Assembly: GCA_002347295.1 (NCBI GenBank)
Contig: DDXZ01000030.1
Span: 45,216 to 109,215 of the forward strand
Direction: 5' to 3'
From: Dehalococcoidia bacterium UBA2247
Lineage (GTDB): Bacteria; Chloroflexota; Dehalococcoidia; UBA2247
DNA: 64,000 nt
A program made the position numbers and the translations under genes. The notes below the pieces were generated by a model. It searched no databases. It was not told where the DNA came from and saw only the letters and a list, made by a program, of their open reading frames with translations. Shown in pieces: positions 1 through 8,329 of the stretch (position 1 is the first letter of the stretch; each line of letters begins with the position of its first letter).

Positions 1-1559
1 AGGTAAACGGTATTGTTATGATTTACACTCCACAAGGTTCATCAAGCTCAGTAGATATTGCTAAGGCTGTTTCTGATTACGTTAAAAAAATAAATAAACC
101 CGTTCTGTCCGCTCTTATTGGAGAAGAAGAAGTTAATAAAGCACGACAAATTTTTTATGCAAATAAAATACCCACTTACGAATTTCCTGAGGAGGCAATA
201 AAAACTTACCTTTATATGTATCAGTATGCGCGCAATTTGGAAATGCTCTATGAAACTCCTGAAGAAATATCTTTATCAATAGAAGCACCTAAAAATCATC
301 TTAAAATACTTGTAAGAAAAGCATTACAGGAGAAAAAAACACTTCTCAATGAAGAAGATTCCAAGAAATTTATGGAGGCATATCGTATTCCCGTTACTCT
401 TCCATTATTAGCACGAACAGTGCAGGATGCAGTTAAATTATCTTCTGATATGGGTTATCCCGTAGTTATGAAAATCGCTTCTCCCGATATTTCTCACAAA
501 ACTGATGTAGGTGGAGTTATTTTAAATATTACATCTGCTGACGAAGTTAAAAAAGCATTCCGTGAAATGATGGAAAATGTTAAGAAACATGAACCAAAAG
601 CTTGTATTGAAGGCGTTACTATTCAGAATATGATTACCAACTGTGATTACGAGCTTATTGTCGGCTGCAAAAAAGATGTTACTTTCGGTCCCGTTATACT
701 GTTCGGCATGGGAGGAGTTGAAGCAGAATTCTTCAAAGATATCTCAATTGGTATCCCACCGTTAAATCAGGTACTGGCAAGACGGGTACTGGAGCAAACC
801 AGAATATACCGTGTTCTATCTAAAGGCTTCCGAAACAAACCACCGGTTAAACTGCGGTTGTTAGATGAAACTCTGGTAAATATATCTAACCTGGTCGTCG
901 ATTTCCCGGAAATAAAAGAGATTGATATCAATCCGCTTGTAGTAAAAGGCGATAGTGTTATTGCTCTGGATGCCCGTATTATCCTTGACGAAAGCTACGT
1001 TCCTCGGGGATTACAGGACCATAGTCATCTTATTATCGCTCCTTATCCTAATCACTATACAACCCAGTGGACATGTAGTGATGGTAGGTCCATCTTACTA
1101 CGTCCCATACGTCCGGAAGATGAAGCTCTCGAAAAAGAATTACTTGCCGGACTCTCTGAGGAATCCAATAGATTTCGTTTCTTTTACATCTTAAAAGATA
1201 TTTCTCATGACATACTTACCAGGTTCTGCAATATAGACTATGACCGAGAGATGGCGATTCTGGCAGAATATACTGTTAGTGGAAAGAGAAGAAATGTTGG
1301 TGTAGGAAGATTAATTATGCATACAGCAGGTGATTCTGCTGAGTTTGCTACTCTTGTTGCCGATGACTTCCACGGTCTCGGTCTTGGATTAAAATTAACC
1401 GATATGCTTATTGGTATTGCCGAGGAGAGAGGAATAAAAACTATTTATGGTATCGTTTCCAACGAAAACGTTCGCATGCTCAATCTCTCAAGAAGATTAG
1501 GATTTACGATAGCAAAAGAATCACCGGAAGAAAGCAAAGTAACGCTTAATATCAGATAA
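1..1559 (+). CDS. Pat-like protein lysine acetyltransferase, 5'-partial (NDP-forming acyl-CoA synthetase-like CoA-binding/ATP-grasp domains + C-terminal GNAT)
   Basis: ORF 18..1559 is open to the window edge. It shows succinyl-CoA-synthetase-like flavodoxin/ATP-grasp motifs followed by a GNAT-like C-terminus. This architecture is typical of Pat/YfiQ-type acetyltransferases. Confidence 0.55.
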   Translation, partial: VNGIVMIYTPQGSSSSVDIAKAVSDYVKKINKPVLSALIGEEEVNKARQIFYANKIPTYEFPEEAIKTYLYMYQYARNLEMLYETPEEISLSIEAPKNHLKILVRKALQEKKTLLNEEDSKKFMEAYRIPVTLPLLARTVQDAVKLSSDMGYPVVMKIASPDISHKTDVGGVILNITSADEVKKAFREMMENVKKHEPKACIEGVTIQNMITNCDYELIVGCKKDVTFGPVILFGMGGVEAEFFKDISIGIPPLNQVLARRVLEQTRIYRVLSKGFRNKPPVKLRLLDETLVNISNLVVDFPEIKEIDINPLVVKGDSVIALDARIILDESYVPRGLQDHSHLIIAPYPNHYTTQWTCSDGRSILLRPIRPEDEALEKELLAGLSEESNRFRFFYILKDISHDILTRFCNIDYDREMAILAEYTVSGKRRNVGVGRLIMHTAGDSAEFATLVADDFHGLGLGLKLTDMLIGIAEERGIKTIYGIVSNENVRMLNLSRRLGFTIAKESPEESKVTLNIR

Positions 1560-1560
1560 A

Positions 1561-2406
1561 ATGACAATAGATTTTCATACTCATATATTTCCTCGCCATA
1601 TGCTGAATCATCGCGAGGAATATATGAAAAGAGACTCGTGTTTTGCTGAACTTAATTCTTCACCAAAAGCAAAAATTATCTGTGCTGAAGAATTAATTGA
1701 GAGCATGGATAAAGAAAGTATTCAGACTTCAGTAATACTTAATATCGGCTGGTGTAGTCATGAGTTATGCGTTGAAACAAATGACTATATTATGGAATCA
1801 GCTGCGCGTTACTCCGGTCGCTTATATCCCTTTTGTACAATACAACCCACATCTGCTCATGCGCTCTCTGAACTGGAGCGCTGTATCCGTAATGGTATAT
1901 ATGGTATCGGCGAGATGCGACCTGATATTCAGGGATACGACTTGTGTGATAAACAATTGATGAGTGATATTGTTGCATTATGTATTAAGAACAACCTCTG
2001 TTTCTTAACACACAGCTCGGAACCAGTAGGCCACCAATATTCCGGCAAAGGGAATATTTCCACTGCCATGTTATTCCAATTCGCCAGCAATTTTCCTCAA
2101 CTTAAATTTATCTGCTCTCATTGGGGTGGTGGTTTGCCTTTTTATGCTTTAATGCCTGAGGTAGCAGAAATTTTAAAAAATACCTATTTTGATACTGCTG
2201 CTTCACCTTTTCTTTATCGTCCCCAAATATACGAACATATGGTTAATATTATCAGTAGTAAGAAAATACTCTTTGGTAGTGATTATCCTCTGATGCCACA
2301 AAGTAGAGTTATTTCACAAATACAACAAGCCCATATTACTAAAAAGGCAAAACAAGACATATTAGCAGATAATGCCAGAAATATACTTAACATAAACTGT
2401 TCTTAG
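1561..2406 (+). CDS. amidohydrolase family (TIM-barrel metal-dependent hydrolase)
   Basis: The N-terminal 'IDFHTHIFP' motif is characteristic of the Amidohydro_2 family. The gene is adjacent to and co-oriented with the upstream gene. Confidence 0.55.
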   Translation: MTIDFHTHIFPRHMLNHREEYMKRDSCFAELNSSPKAKIICAEELIESMDKESIQTSVILNIGWCSHELCVETNDYIMESAARYSGRLYPFCTIQPTSAHALSELERCIRNGIYGIGEMRPDIQGYDLCDKQLMSDIVALCIKNNLCFLTHSSEPVGHQYSGKGNISTAMLFQFASNFPQLKFICSHWGGGLPFYALMPEVAEILKNTYFDTAASPFLYRPQIYEHMVNIISSKKILFGSDYPLMPQSRVISQIQQAHITKKAKQDILADNARNILNINCS

Positions 2407-2423
2407 TTTATTATTTTATCATC

Positions 2424-3020
2424 ATGAATAAAAAGGGGAAAATACGTTCTTTTATCGCAATAGAGTTACCATCAGAGGTGCGTGATCAATTACGTATTCT
2501 CCTCGATAATAATCTGAAAAATAAATTAGATATTGTGGCAAGCTGGGTAAAACCCGAGAATTGCCACTTAACATTAAAGTTTCTGGGAGATGTGCCTCCG
2601 GAAGAAATATCCCGGATTACCAACACTCTCATATCAGTGACACAGGATATATCACCATTCTCCCTGAGGCTTGATAAGCTCGGAGTGTTCCCTAATATCA
2701 AGCATCCTCGCATCCTCTGGATAGGAATAGCAGGAGACACACAACAGCTTATATCTTTACATAACAATATCGATAGCAAATTAAAGCTGATAGGATTTCC
2801 TTCAGAAAATCGCGCGTTTGCTCCCCATCTAACACTCTGTCGTATAAGAGAAAATTTATCAGAATCAACATGCAAAAATATAAGTGATGTTTTAAACACG
2901 AACTGGATAGAAAGCTCTCATTTTCAAGTTTCTGAAATTGTATTATTCAGAAGTGAGCTCACACCAAAAGGACCAATACATAGCCGACTCGCTACTGCAA
3001 CATTTAAAAAAGCACAGTAA
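2424..3020 (+). CDS. thpR: RNA 2',3'-cyclic phosphodiesterase (2'-5' RNA ligase family, ThpR/LigT)
   Basis: Two H-x-T-x motifs (HLTLKF and HLTLCRI) are present in a ~200-aa protein. This is the 2H phosphoesterase signature. Confidence 0.7.
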   Translation: MNKKGKIRSFIAIELPSEVRDQLRILLDNNLKNKLDIVASWVKPENCHLTLKFLGDVPPEEISRITNTLISVTQDISPFSLRLDKLGVFPNIKHPRILWIGIAGDTQQLISLHNNIDSKLKLIGFPSENRAFAPHLTLCRIRENLSESTCKNISDVLNTNWIESSHFQVSEIVLFRSELTPKGPIHSRLATATFKKAQ

Positions 3021-3100
3021 TAGTGATTTCGTCGTATTGCGCGCTTACAGGCTATGTGATAGTATAATTTGTCTGATTTCATTTCATAACAAATACAAAT

Positions 3101-3140
3101 GGGCCCATTAGCTCAGCAGGTTAGAGCACAGTCCTGGGCA
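3101..3140 (+). other. tRNA 5'-portion-like remnant (acceptor + D-arm + anticodon-stem-like, no T-arm)
   Basis: GGGCCCATTAGCTCAGCAGGTTAGAGCACAGTCCTGGGCA has a canonical D-arm (TAGCTCAGCAGGTTAGAGC). No matching 3' anticodon stem or T-arm follows. The first 12 nt form the palindrome AATGGGCCCATT. The sequence abuts the integrase N-terminus. Confidence 0.4.
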
Positions 3141-3159
3141 AAATGACTTAAAGTCATGT

Positions 3160-4047
3160 TTGAAATATTATTTGTTATCTTGCAAAGTAGACGGTAAAAC
3201 ACAAGCTACTATTGATACCTATCAAATGCGGCTAGGGCTGTTTGTTGAATTCGCCCAGGGTAATGGCTTTTCCATGACGGATCAGCTTACCGGGAATAAT
3301 ATCCGGATGTTTCTCTTATCGCTCAATGACCGGCATTTACAGCCGGCAACGATCCATGCTTATCATCGGGCACTCCGGACCTGGTTCACCTGGTTGGTAA
3401 ACGAAGGTTTCTTGGAGAAAACCCCGATGCAGAATATCAAGCCACCGCGACTACCCAAGAAGATTCCTCATCCTTTCAGCACGCAGGATCTGGAGAATTT
3501 ATTGCTGCTTACCTCAGGACATCACTTTGTCAATATCCGGAACCGTGCTATAATCCTCGCATTCCTCGATACCGGTCTCAGATTAAATGAGTTACTCAAT
3601 ATCAATCTTGTTGACATAAGTACAGAATACGATACAATTAGAGTATTCGGTAAAGGTAGCAAAGAGCGTATTGTTTCCCTAGGGAAAGTATCACGAAAGG
3701 CCTTTTTGAAATACCTTATGTTGAGAAGTGACAGATATCCTAATTTTTGGGTTACTGAGGAAAGACGTCCGCTGCAGAGGGACGGGCTACGCATTATTAT
3801 CCGGAGGCTTTGTGAAAGAGCAAACATTACGGATGCAAAATATGGCGCCCATACTTTCAGACATACCTTCGCAACGAACTCAATTCGCAACGGAGCCAAT
3901 ACCTTCTTTGTATAAAGCTTGCTGGGGCATTCCACTCTGGAAATGACCAGGCGATATGCTGGGATGATAAACTCGGAAACAGCAATTGAAAAGCATAATG
4001 AATTCAGTCCTGCGGATAGACTATTTAAGGTAGAGTATCTCTTATGA
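3160..4047 (+). pseudogene. tyrosine recombinase/phage-type integrase interrupted by an in-frame TAA (3913-3915)
   Basis: An N-terminal core-binding region is followed by catalytic motifs (HTFRHTF ... LLGHSTLEMTRRYAGM with the catalytic Tyr). The single TAA separates '...GANTFFV' from 'SLLGHS...' and sits where Gln is conserved. The reading frame is otherwise continuous to TGA at 4045-4047. Confidence 0.7.
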
Positions 4048-4107
4048 ATTAATAGCTGGTAATAATTATGTCTTAGTGGCTGACAGTATTTATTACAAGG
4101 TTAGATA

Positions 4108-4524
4108 ATGAATTACGATTACGACATCTTCGAGGATCTTTATGAGGAGGAATCTCCCGAGGGACGTCCGCGGGATGTAAAAATTGATGAAGCTAGAGCG
4201 AGTTTAGAGAAATTTTTTAATCAACAGGACAGAGAAGTATTCCATGGGAAACAAGTAGAAGTATTATTTGAAAAGACATTCTTTCATTGGATTACAAGCA
4301 AAGCATTAGATGAGATGGTAAAAGAAGGAAAAATTATAGGGTCAGAAGAAATGCCTTTATTAGGAAAAACTAGAGTAAAGTTCGTATTTAACAAAAAATA
4401 TAGGGACCGTAAACTAGAAATGAGAGATCATCTGAGGGTTGTTCGTGGATATTCTACACCACCGTTACCCGGTGATTGTGGTAGACAAGCAGAAATAATG
4501 TTCGAGAAATGCTTTGGCTGGTAG
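4108..4524 (+). CDS. hypothetical protein (island cargo)
   Basis: 138-aa ORF with an acidic N-terminus and no recognisable motif. It overlaps the next ORF by 11 nt. Confidence 0.35.
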   Translation: MNYDYDIFEDLYEEESPEGRPRDVKIDEARASLEKFFNQQDREVFHGKQVEVLFEKTFFHWITSKALDEMVKEGKIIGSEEMPLLGKTRVKFVFNKKYRDRKLEMRDHLRVVRGYSTPPLPGDCGRQAEIMFEKCFGW

Positions 4525-4963
4525 AGGTTTTAAGATATGTGGGGAGAAAGTGAAGGAGTACAAAGGGAAAAAGTGGGATAAAACAAATAACGACTTAGAT
4601 TTTGTAGTGGAAAGGGATGGGGTTACTTACGGTAGTGAAGTAAAAAATACGTGGAGTTATATAAACAGAGATGAGATGATTGTGAAATTGGACATGTGCA
4701 AATATTTTGGGGTGAGACCATTATTCATAATGAGAGGATCACCAAAAAGCTATAACTGGGAAATTAAAAGATGGGGTGGGTATGCTATGATATTTGTAGC
4801 ACAAATTTATCCATTGTCCCAGGGGATGGTGGTGAAAGAGATAAAAGAGAAACTAGGGTTGGAAGCAGATTGTCCAAGGGCAATACCGAGTGGGATAATA
4901 GATAGGTTCATTAACTGGGAAAAGGATAATTTGGGGGATATTAAAAAAAATCCTCAATATTGA
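4514..4963 (+). CDS. hypothetical protein with a PD-(D/E)xK-like nuclease motif
   Basis: The start is TTG. The segment 'DLDFVVERDGVTYGSEVKN' fits the D...(D/E)xK spacing of restriction-endonuclease-fold nucleases. The frame is blocked upstream by TAA at 4496-4498, so it is a separate or frameshift-fused ORF. Confidence 0.35.
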   Translation: MAGRGFKICGEKVKEYKGKKWDKTNNDLDFVVERDGVTYGSEVKNTWSYINRDEMIVKLDMCKYFGVRPLFIMRGSPKSYNWEIKRWGGYAMIFVAQIYPLSQGMVVKEIKEKLGLEADCPRAIPSGIIDRFINWEKDNLGDIKKNPQY

Positions 4964-5062
4964 GGGTAGAATAGGCACAGAAATTGGTACCCCTATGAAT
5001 ACTAATTTGTCTAGTAAATATACTGAAATAGCTATTGACAAGATGTCAACTTATAGATTAAC

Positions 5063-5442
5063 ATGAAACTGAAACAGGTAAAAAACGGTATAATATTTAA
5101 TATTTTCGCTATCATACTAGATAATGGTGTATGTCCGGTTGAAGAATTTCTTGAGCAGTTAAAAATAAATGACCCATCTTCGCTTAAATCATTCGTTACC
5201 ATATTCAATAGGCATGCAGATCATGGTTCTTTGCGAAACGAAAAAAGTCTAAAGTTCTTAAAGATAGAGAGAATTTACTAGAGTTTAAAACCGATCATGG
5301 GGATAGAATAATGTATTTTTATTTGCCAGGTAAAATGACAGTTTTAACACACGGATTTCATAAAGGTGCACCAGAGTCTCAAGAATATGATAGGGCTGAA
5401 TCAATAAGAGACCGCTATTGTCAGGAGATTAAAAATGGTTAG
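5063..5442 (+). pseudogene. HigB/Gp49-like (RelE/ParE superfamily) toxin, frameshifted at an A6 tract (5241-5246)
   Basis: The N-terminal 72-aa ORF and the +2-frame continuation 'ENLLEFKTDHGDRIMYFYLPGKMTVLTHGFHKGAPESQEYDRAESI' together match the Gp49/HigB toxin pattern. Inserting one A in the A6 run restores a ~126-aa protein. Confidence 0.6.
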
Positions 5443-5812
5443 CAGTGATGCAGAATTAATTTTAGAGAAATACTCAAATGAATATGCCAAGGATCCCGAT
5501 TTTATAGCAGAGGGACTTGCAGTTAAAATAACGGAGGAAATGCTTGAATGCCTCGAGAAAAGGGGCCTCAATCAGTCTTGGTTGGCAGAGAAGATGGGTG
5601 TTTCAAGAGAACGCATTTCTCGTATACTTAATGCAAAGCCGAACATGACTCTATTAACCATTGCTAAAATCGCAGTCGCGCTCGATGTGCAACCTGATGT
5701 TTGCCTTAATGCTTGGGATCTAAGATTAATACAAGCTGATTCTGACATACAATCTCAAAAACCTGCCGATATATGGACAGCAAGCGATCTCATGTTTTCC
5801 GAGATACCATAA
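5435..5812 (+). CDS. HTH XRE-family antitoxin (HigA-like)
   Basis: The helix-turn-helix 'WLAEKMGVSRERISRILN' is present. The start overlaps the toxin 3' end by 8 nt, which is typical toxin-antitoxin coupling. Confidence 0.6.
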   Translation: MVSSDAELILEKYSNEYAKDPDFIAEGLAVKITEEMLECLEKRGLNQSWLAEKMGVSRERISRILNAKPNMTLLTIAKIAVALDVQPDVCLNAWDLRLIQADSDIQSQKPADIWTASDLMFSEIP

Positions 5813-5896
5813 CCTGACAAAATAGAATCCGTAACCGCATGAGGAACAGATGAGAATTTACTTGAAACAACAAGAGTAGTTTAGGAGATACTGAAT

Positions 5897-6316
5897 ATGA
5901 AATTATCTGCAAATAATAAAAACATCTTAGTAAAAGAGATTAGAACTGCCGCCGAATACATGAGCAAAGCTAATAATGCTCAGCAAAAAATGTATTTCTT
6001 TAGTGCGGTTTTTGGAATATCCAATCGGCTGATGAATCTTGAATTTGACCCAGAATTAGTCTTCATTCATCATGTCACTGAGAGTACCTTTAAAAACATC
6101 AATACAAATTTGATGATGATGTCACAAGGGCAATCTCTTCCCTCTATCCCGCCATCTCTATTTAATAAATTGGAGGATGCTCTCGTTCAGTTAGCTAATT
6201 ATATTGAAGAAGGGAACCCAACTTATCCTGCGCTGGAGAGAATTTCCAACTTATCTTACAGTACATCAGGCAATGGATATTATCTCTTTCTTAAGGGTAT
6301 GCTTAAAATAGATTAA
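5897..6316 (+). CDS. hypothetical protein
   Basis: 139-aa ORF with no recognisable domain. It is co-oriented with the next ORF across a 62-bp gap. Confidence 0.4.
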   Translation: MKLSANNKNILVKEIRTAAEYMSKANNAQQKMYFFSAVFGISNRLMNLEFDPELVFIHHVTESTFKNINTNLMMMSQGQSLPSIPPSLFNKLEDALVQLANYIEEGNPTYPALERISNLSYSTSGNGYYLFLKGMLKID

Positions 6317-6378
6317 TTTTTATCGAGTTTAAGCAGGTTATCAATAAATTGGGAGGATTGTAATAATAGTATAAGCAT

Positions 6379-7215
6379 ATGCCTTCTTTGCATGGGCCCA
6401 GATTGAAGCTTGGCAGGGCAGAGGAACATCTCAGCACCATCAAGGCGATTATTCAGAGATTCCTCGAATCTAATCCCTATTCCTTTATTCTCCAACCTAA
6501 TCCTAATCCCCCGGATTATGTCCTCCGCGCTAACATTAACCAAGTTCCTCCGATTCAACTGTCTTGCATTGTCGGTGATTTCGCTCACAATGCTCGCTCT
6601 GCTCTCGACCTGCTGGTCTATCAACTCAGTGACCTCGTAGAAGGGGATAAAAATAGACTTAAACTGCAATTCCCGATTTTTAATAATGCTGTCGATTATT
6701 CCAAAAATGAAAAGGCTTATCTAAGCGGAGTCAAACCTGAATATAAGACAATTATTGAGAGGCATCAACCTTACAAGAGACCTCAACGGGATGGAAGTGA
6801 TGCTCTTACAATCCTCCAAAGCATCAACAATACAGATAAACATCGTCTTATCAATGTCGTTGGTGCGATTGCCAACTTGGACTATTTTAATTTCGATAGT
6901 TCCAGTGGATTGCCCGACAATATCAAGCTCGAAGCAGGAGCTCATATTAGAGTTGGACAAAGCTTTAATTTTGGTAATGGATTCACTGGTAGTAAGATTG
7001 GGAATGGGGCAATAACCAAAGACAATGCAATAGTCGCCAAACTGACTATCCCGCAACCCGAAAAAGTGAAGGTGACTCCGGACTATCATGTCGCGATACA
7101 ATTTTATGTAACTGACCAAACGGTTAATGGACGCCCGGTAGTGGATACACTAACGCTCATCTATGATGGTGTAAACGAAATTATTAGGGATTTCGAGCCG
7201 TTCTTTCATAAGTGA
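6379..7215 (+). CDS. hypothetical protein
   Basis: 278-aa ORF in a clean long frame with no motif I can place. It is island cargo lying next to an IS. Confidence 0.45.
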   Translation: MPSLHGPRLKLGRAEEHLSTIKAIIQRFLESNPYSFILQPNPNPPDYVLRANINQVPPIQLSCIVGDFAHNARSALDLLVYQLSDLVEGDKNRLKLQFPIFNNAVDYSKNEKAYLSGVKPEYKTIIERHQPYKRPQRDGSDALTILQSINNTDKHRLINVVGAIANLDYFNFDSSSGLPDNIKLEAGAHIRVGQSFNFGNGFTGSKIGNGAITKDNAIVAKLTIPQPEKVKVTPDYHVAIQFYVTDQTVNGRPVVDTLTLIYDGVNEIIRDFEPFFHK

Positions 7216-7370
7216 TTCTTTCATTTCTCAACCTTATACAAAGATGACATAGTCACTAATATTAAAGAGGGTAATATATGACTAAAAAAACACACTAAAA
7301 CCAAAATACATAAACAAAATCCACGTCGGCAAAATAAAAATACTGATACGGGTAATAAAGACAAACATCT

Positions 7371-8288
7371 CCGTAAATATCCGACATTCTTACTCCTTTT
7401 TCTTAAGTAATGGAGGGATCATACCCAGCCCCATATGGGGACGATGGTAATGATAGTGCTTAAGAAATAATTCTACCATGTTCCGATACTCCGGTAAGTC
7501 CTGGATACGATACGTCTGCCAGCCCAAGCATTCTTTTCTCACTGTCCGGTTAAAACTTTCTATATATGATTGTTCATTCTTACGATATGGATGAGCAATA
7601 CGATGGCGATCACAGAATAAACTTACTTCAGTCTTAAATTCAGCTTTAAACTCTGAGCCGCCATCAGTCTGTAGTAAGTGGACATGTTTATCAAACCTTC
7701 TCTCCCTGCTTTGGTAGAGGAATTCACAGCCATACCTTGCCGTAAGCTGGGATGCTAACAGAATATCGGCTTCTTTACTGAAGATATCTACCGCTGTAAA
7801 GGCATAAAGCTCACCAAAGTCTATCGTGTCCATCTGTATTACCTCCCTGGAATGAGAGGCTACCGGTAAAATCCCACGCACTTTATTCTTTTTCCACTTA
7901 GAACGAAGAACATATTTCTCAGCGAGAATTTCATAAATCCTGGGAACAGATAAGGGAATGCCATAATCATGCTCAAGAAAGTACTGGATTTTTTGTCCGC
8001 AACAATCGTATTCTCGCTCTCTGATGTCCCGTATCCGGCGTTTAATGAGTGGGTCTACCTGTCTTCTCTTACGCTCTCCCTTTTGGGCTTGTGCATAACT
8101 ATTCAAGAATTCCAGTAAACCATACGTTTTGCGGGCATGTATCCAGATGCTTATCGTTTCCCGGTGTTTGCCCATTCTTTGAGCAATATGGGTCATGGGA
8201 ATACATTGCTCATGGAGTTCCCAACATAGAGTAATTAATGTTTCATTTGTCATATCCATATTCTACATAGAATGTCGGATATTTACGG
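7371..8288 (-). mobile_element. IS481-family-like insertion sequence, complete, 918 bp
   Basis: Perfect 20-bp terminal inverted repeats ccgtaaatatccgacattct (7371-7390) and agaatgtcggatatttacgg (8269-8288) flank a single DDE (rve) transposase gene. Confidence 0.7.
7390..8259 (-). CDS. DDE transposase (integrase core/rve domain), IS481-like
   Basis: An HTH N-terminus is followed by the D (IQMDTIDFG), D (QTDGGSEF) and E (ESFNRTVRKE) motifs. Confidence 0.75.
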   Translation of the reverse strand: MDMTNETLITLCWELHEQCIPMTHIAQRMGKHRETISIWIHARKTYGLLEFLNSYAQAQKGERKRRQVDPLIKRRIRDIREREYDCCGQKIQYFLEHDYGIPLSVPRIYEILAEKYVLRSKWKKNKVRGILPVASHSREVIQMDTIDFGELYAFTAVDIFSKEADILLASQLTARYGCEFLYQSRERRFDKHVHLLQTDGGSEFKAEFKTEVSLFCDRHRIAHPYRKNEQSYIESFNRTVRKECLGWQTYRIQDLPEYRNMVELFLKHYHYHRPHMGLGMIPPLLKKKE

Positions 8289-8329
8289 AAATATTGCGCG
8301 TTATTGACATCCGACACCATATTCTTTAA

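Noticed and set aside
3101-3175. Complete tRNA gene next to the integrase
   Set aside because: Only the acceptor, D-arm and anticodon-side stem are recognisable. No T-arm (GTTCRANYC) or matching acceptor 3' strand is present before the integrase ORF begins.
5063-5281. Treating the 72-aa ORF as an independent small gene
   Set aside because: Its downstream +2-frame continuation carries the conserved toxin core, and a single-base change in an A6 tract joins them. A frameshifted toxin is the simpler reading.
6385-6402. ATGGGCCCA at 6392 as the missing 3' acceptor half of the tRNA fragment
   Set aside because: GGGCCC is self-complementary, so the match is trivial. No T-arm precedes it and it lies inside an ORF.
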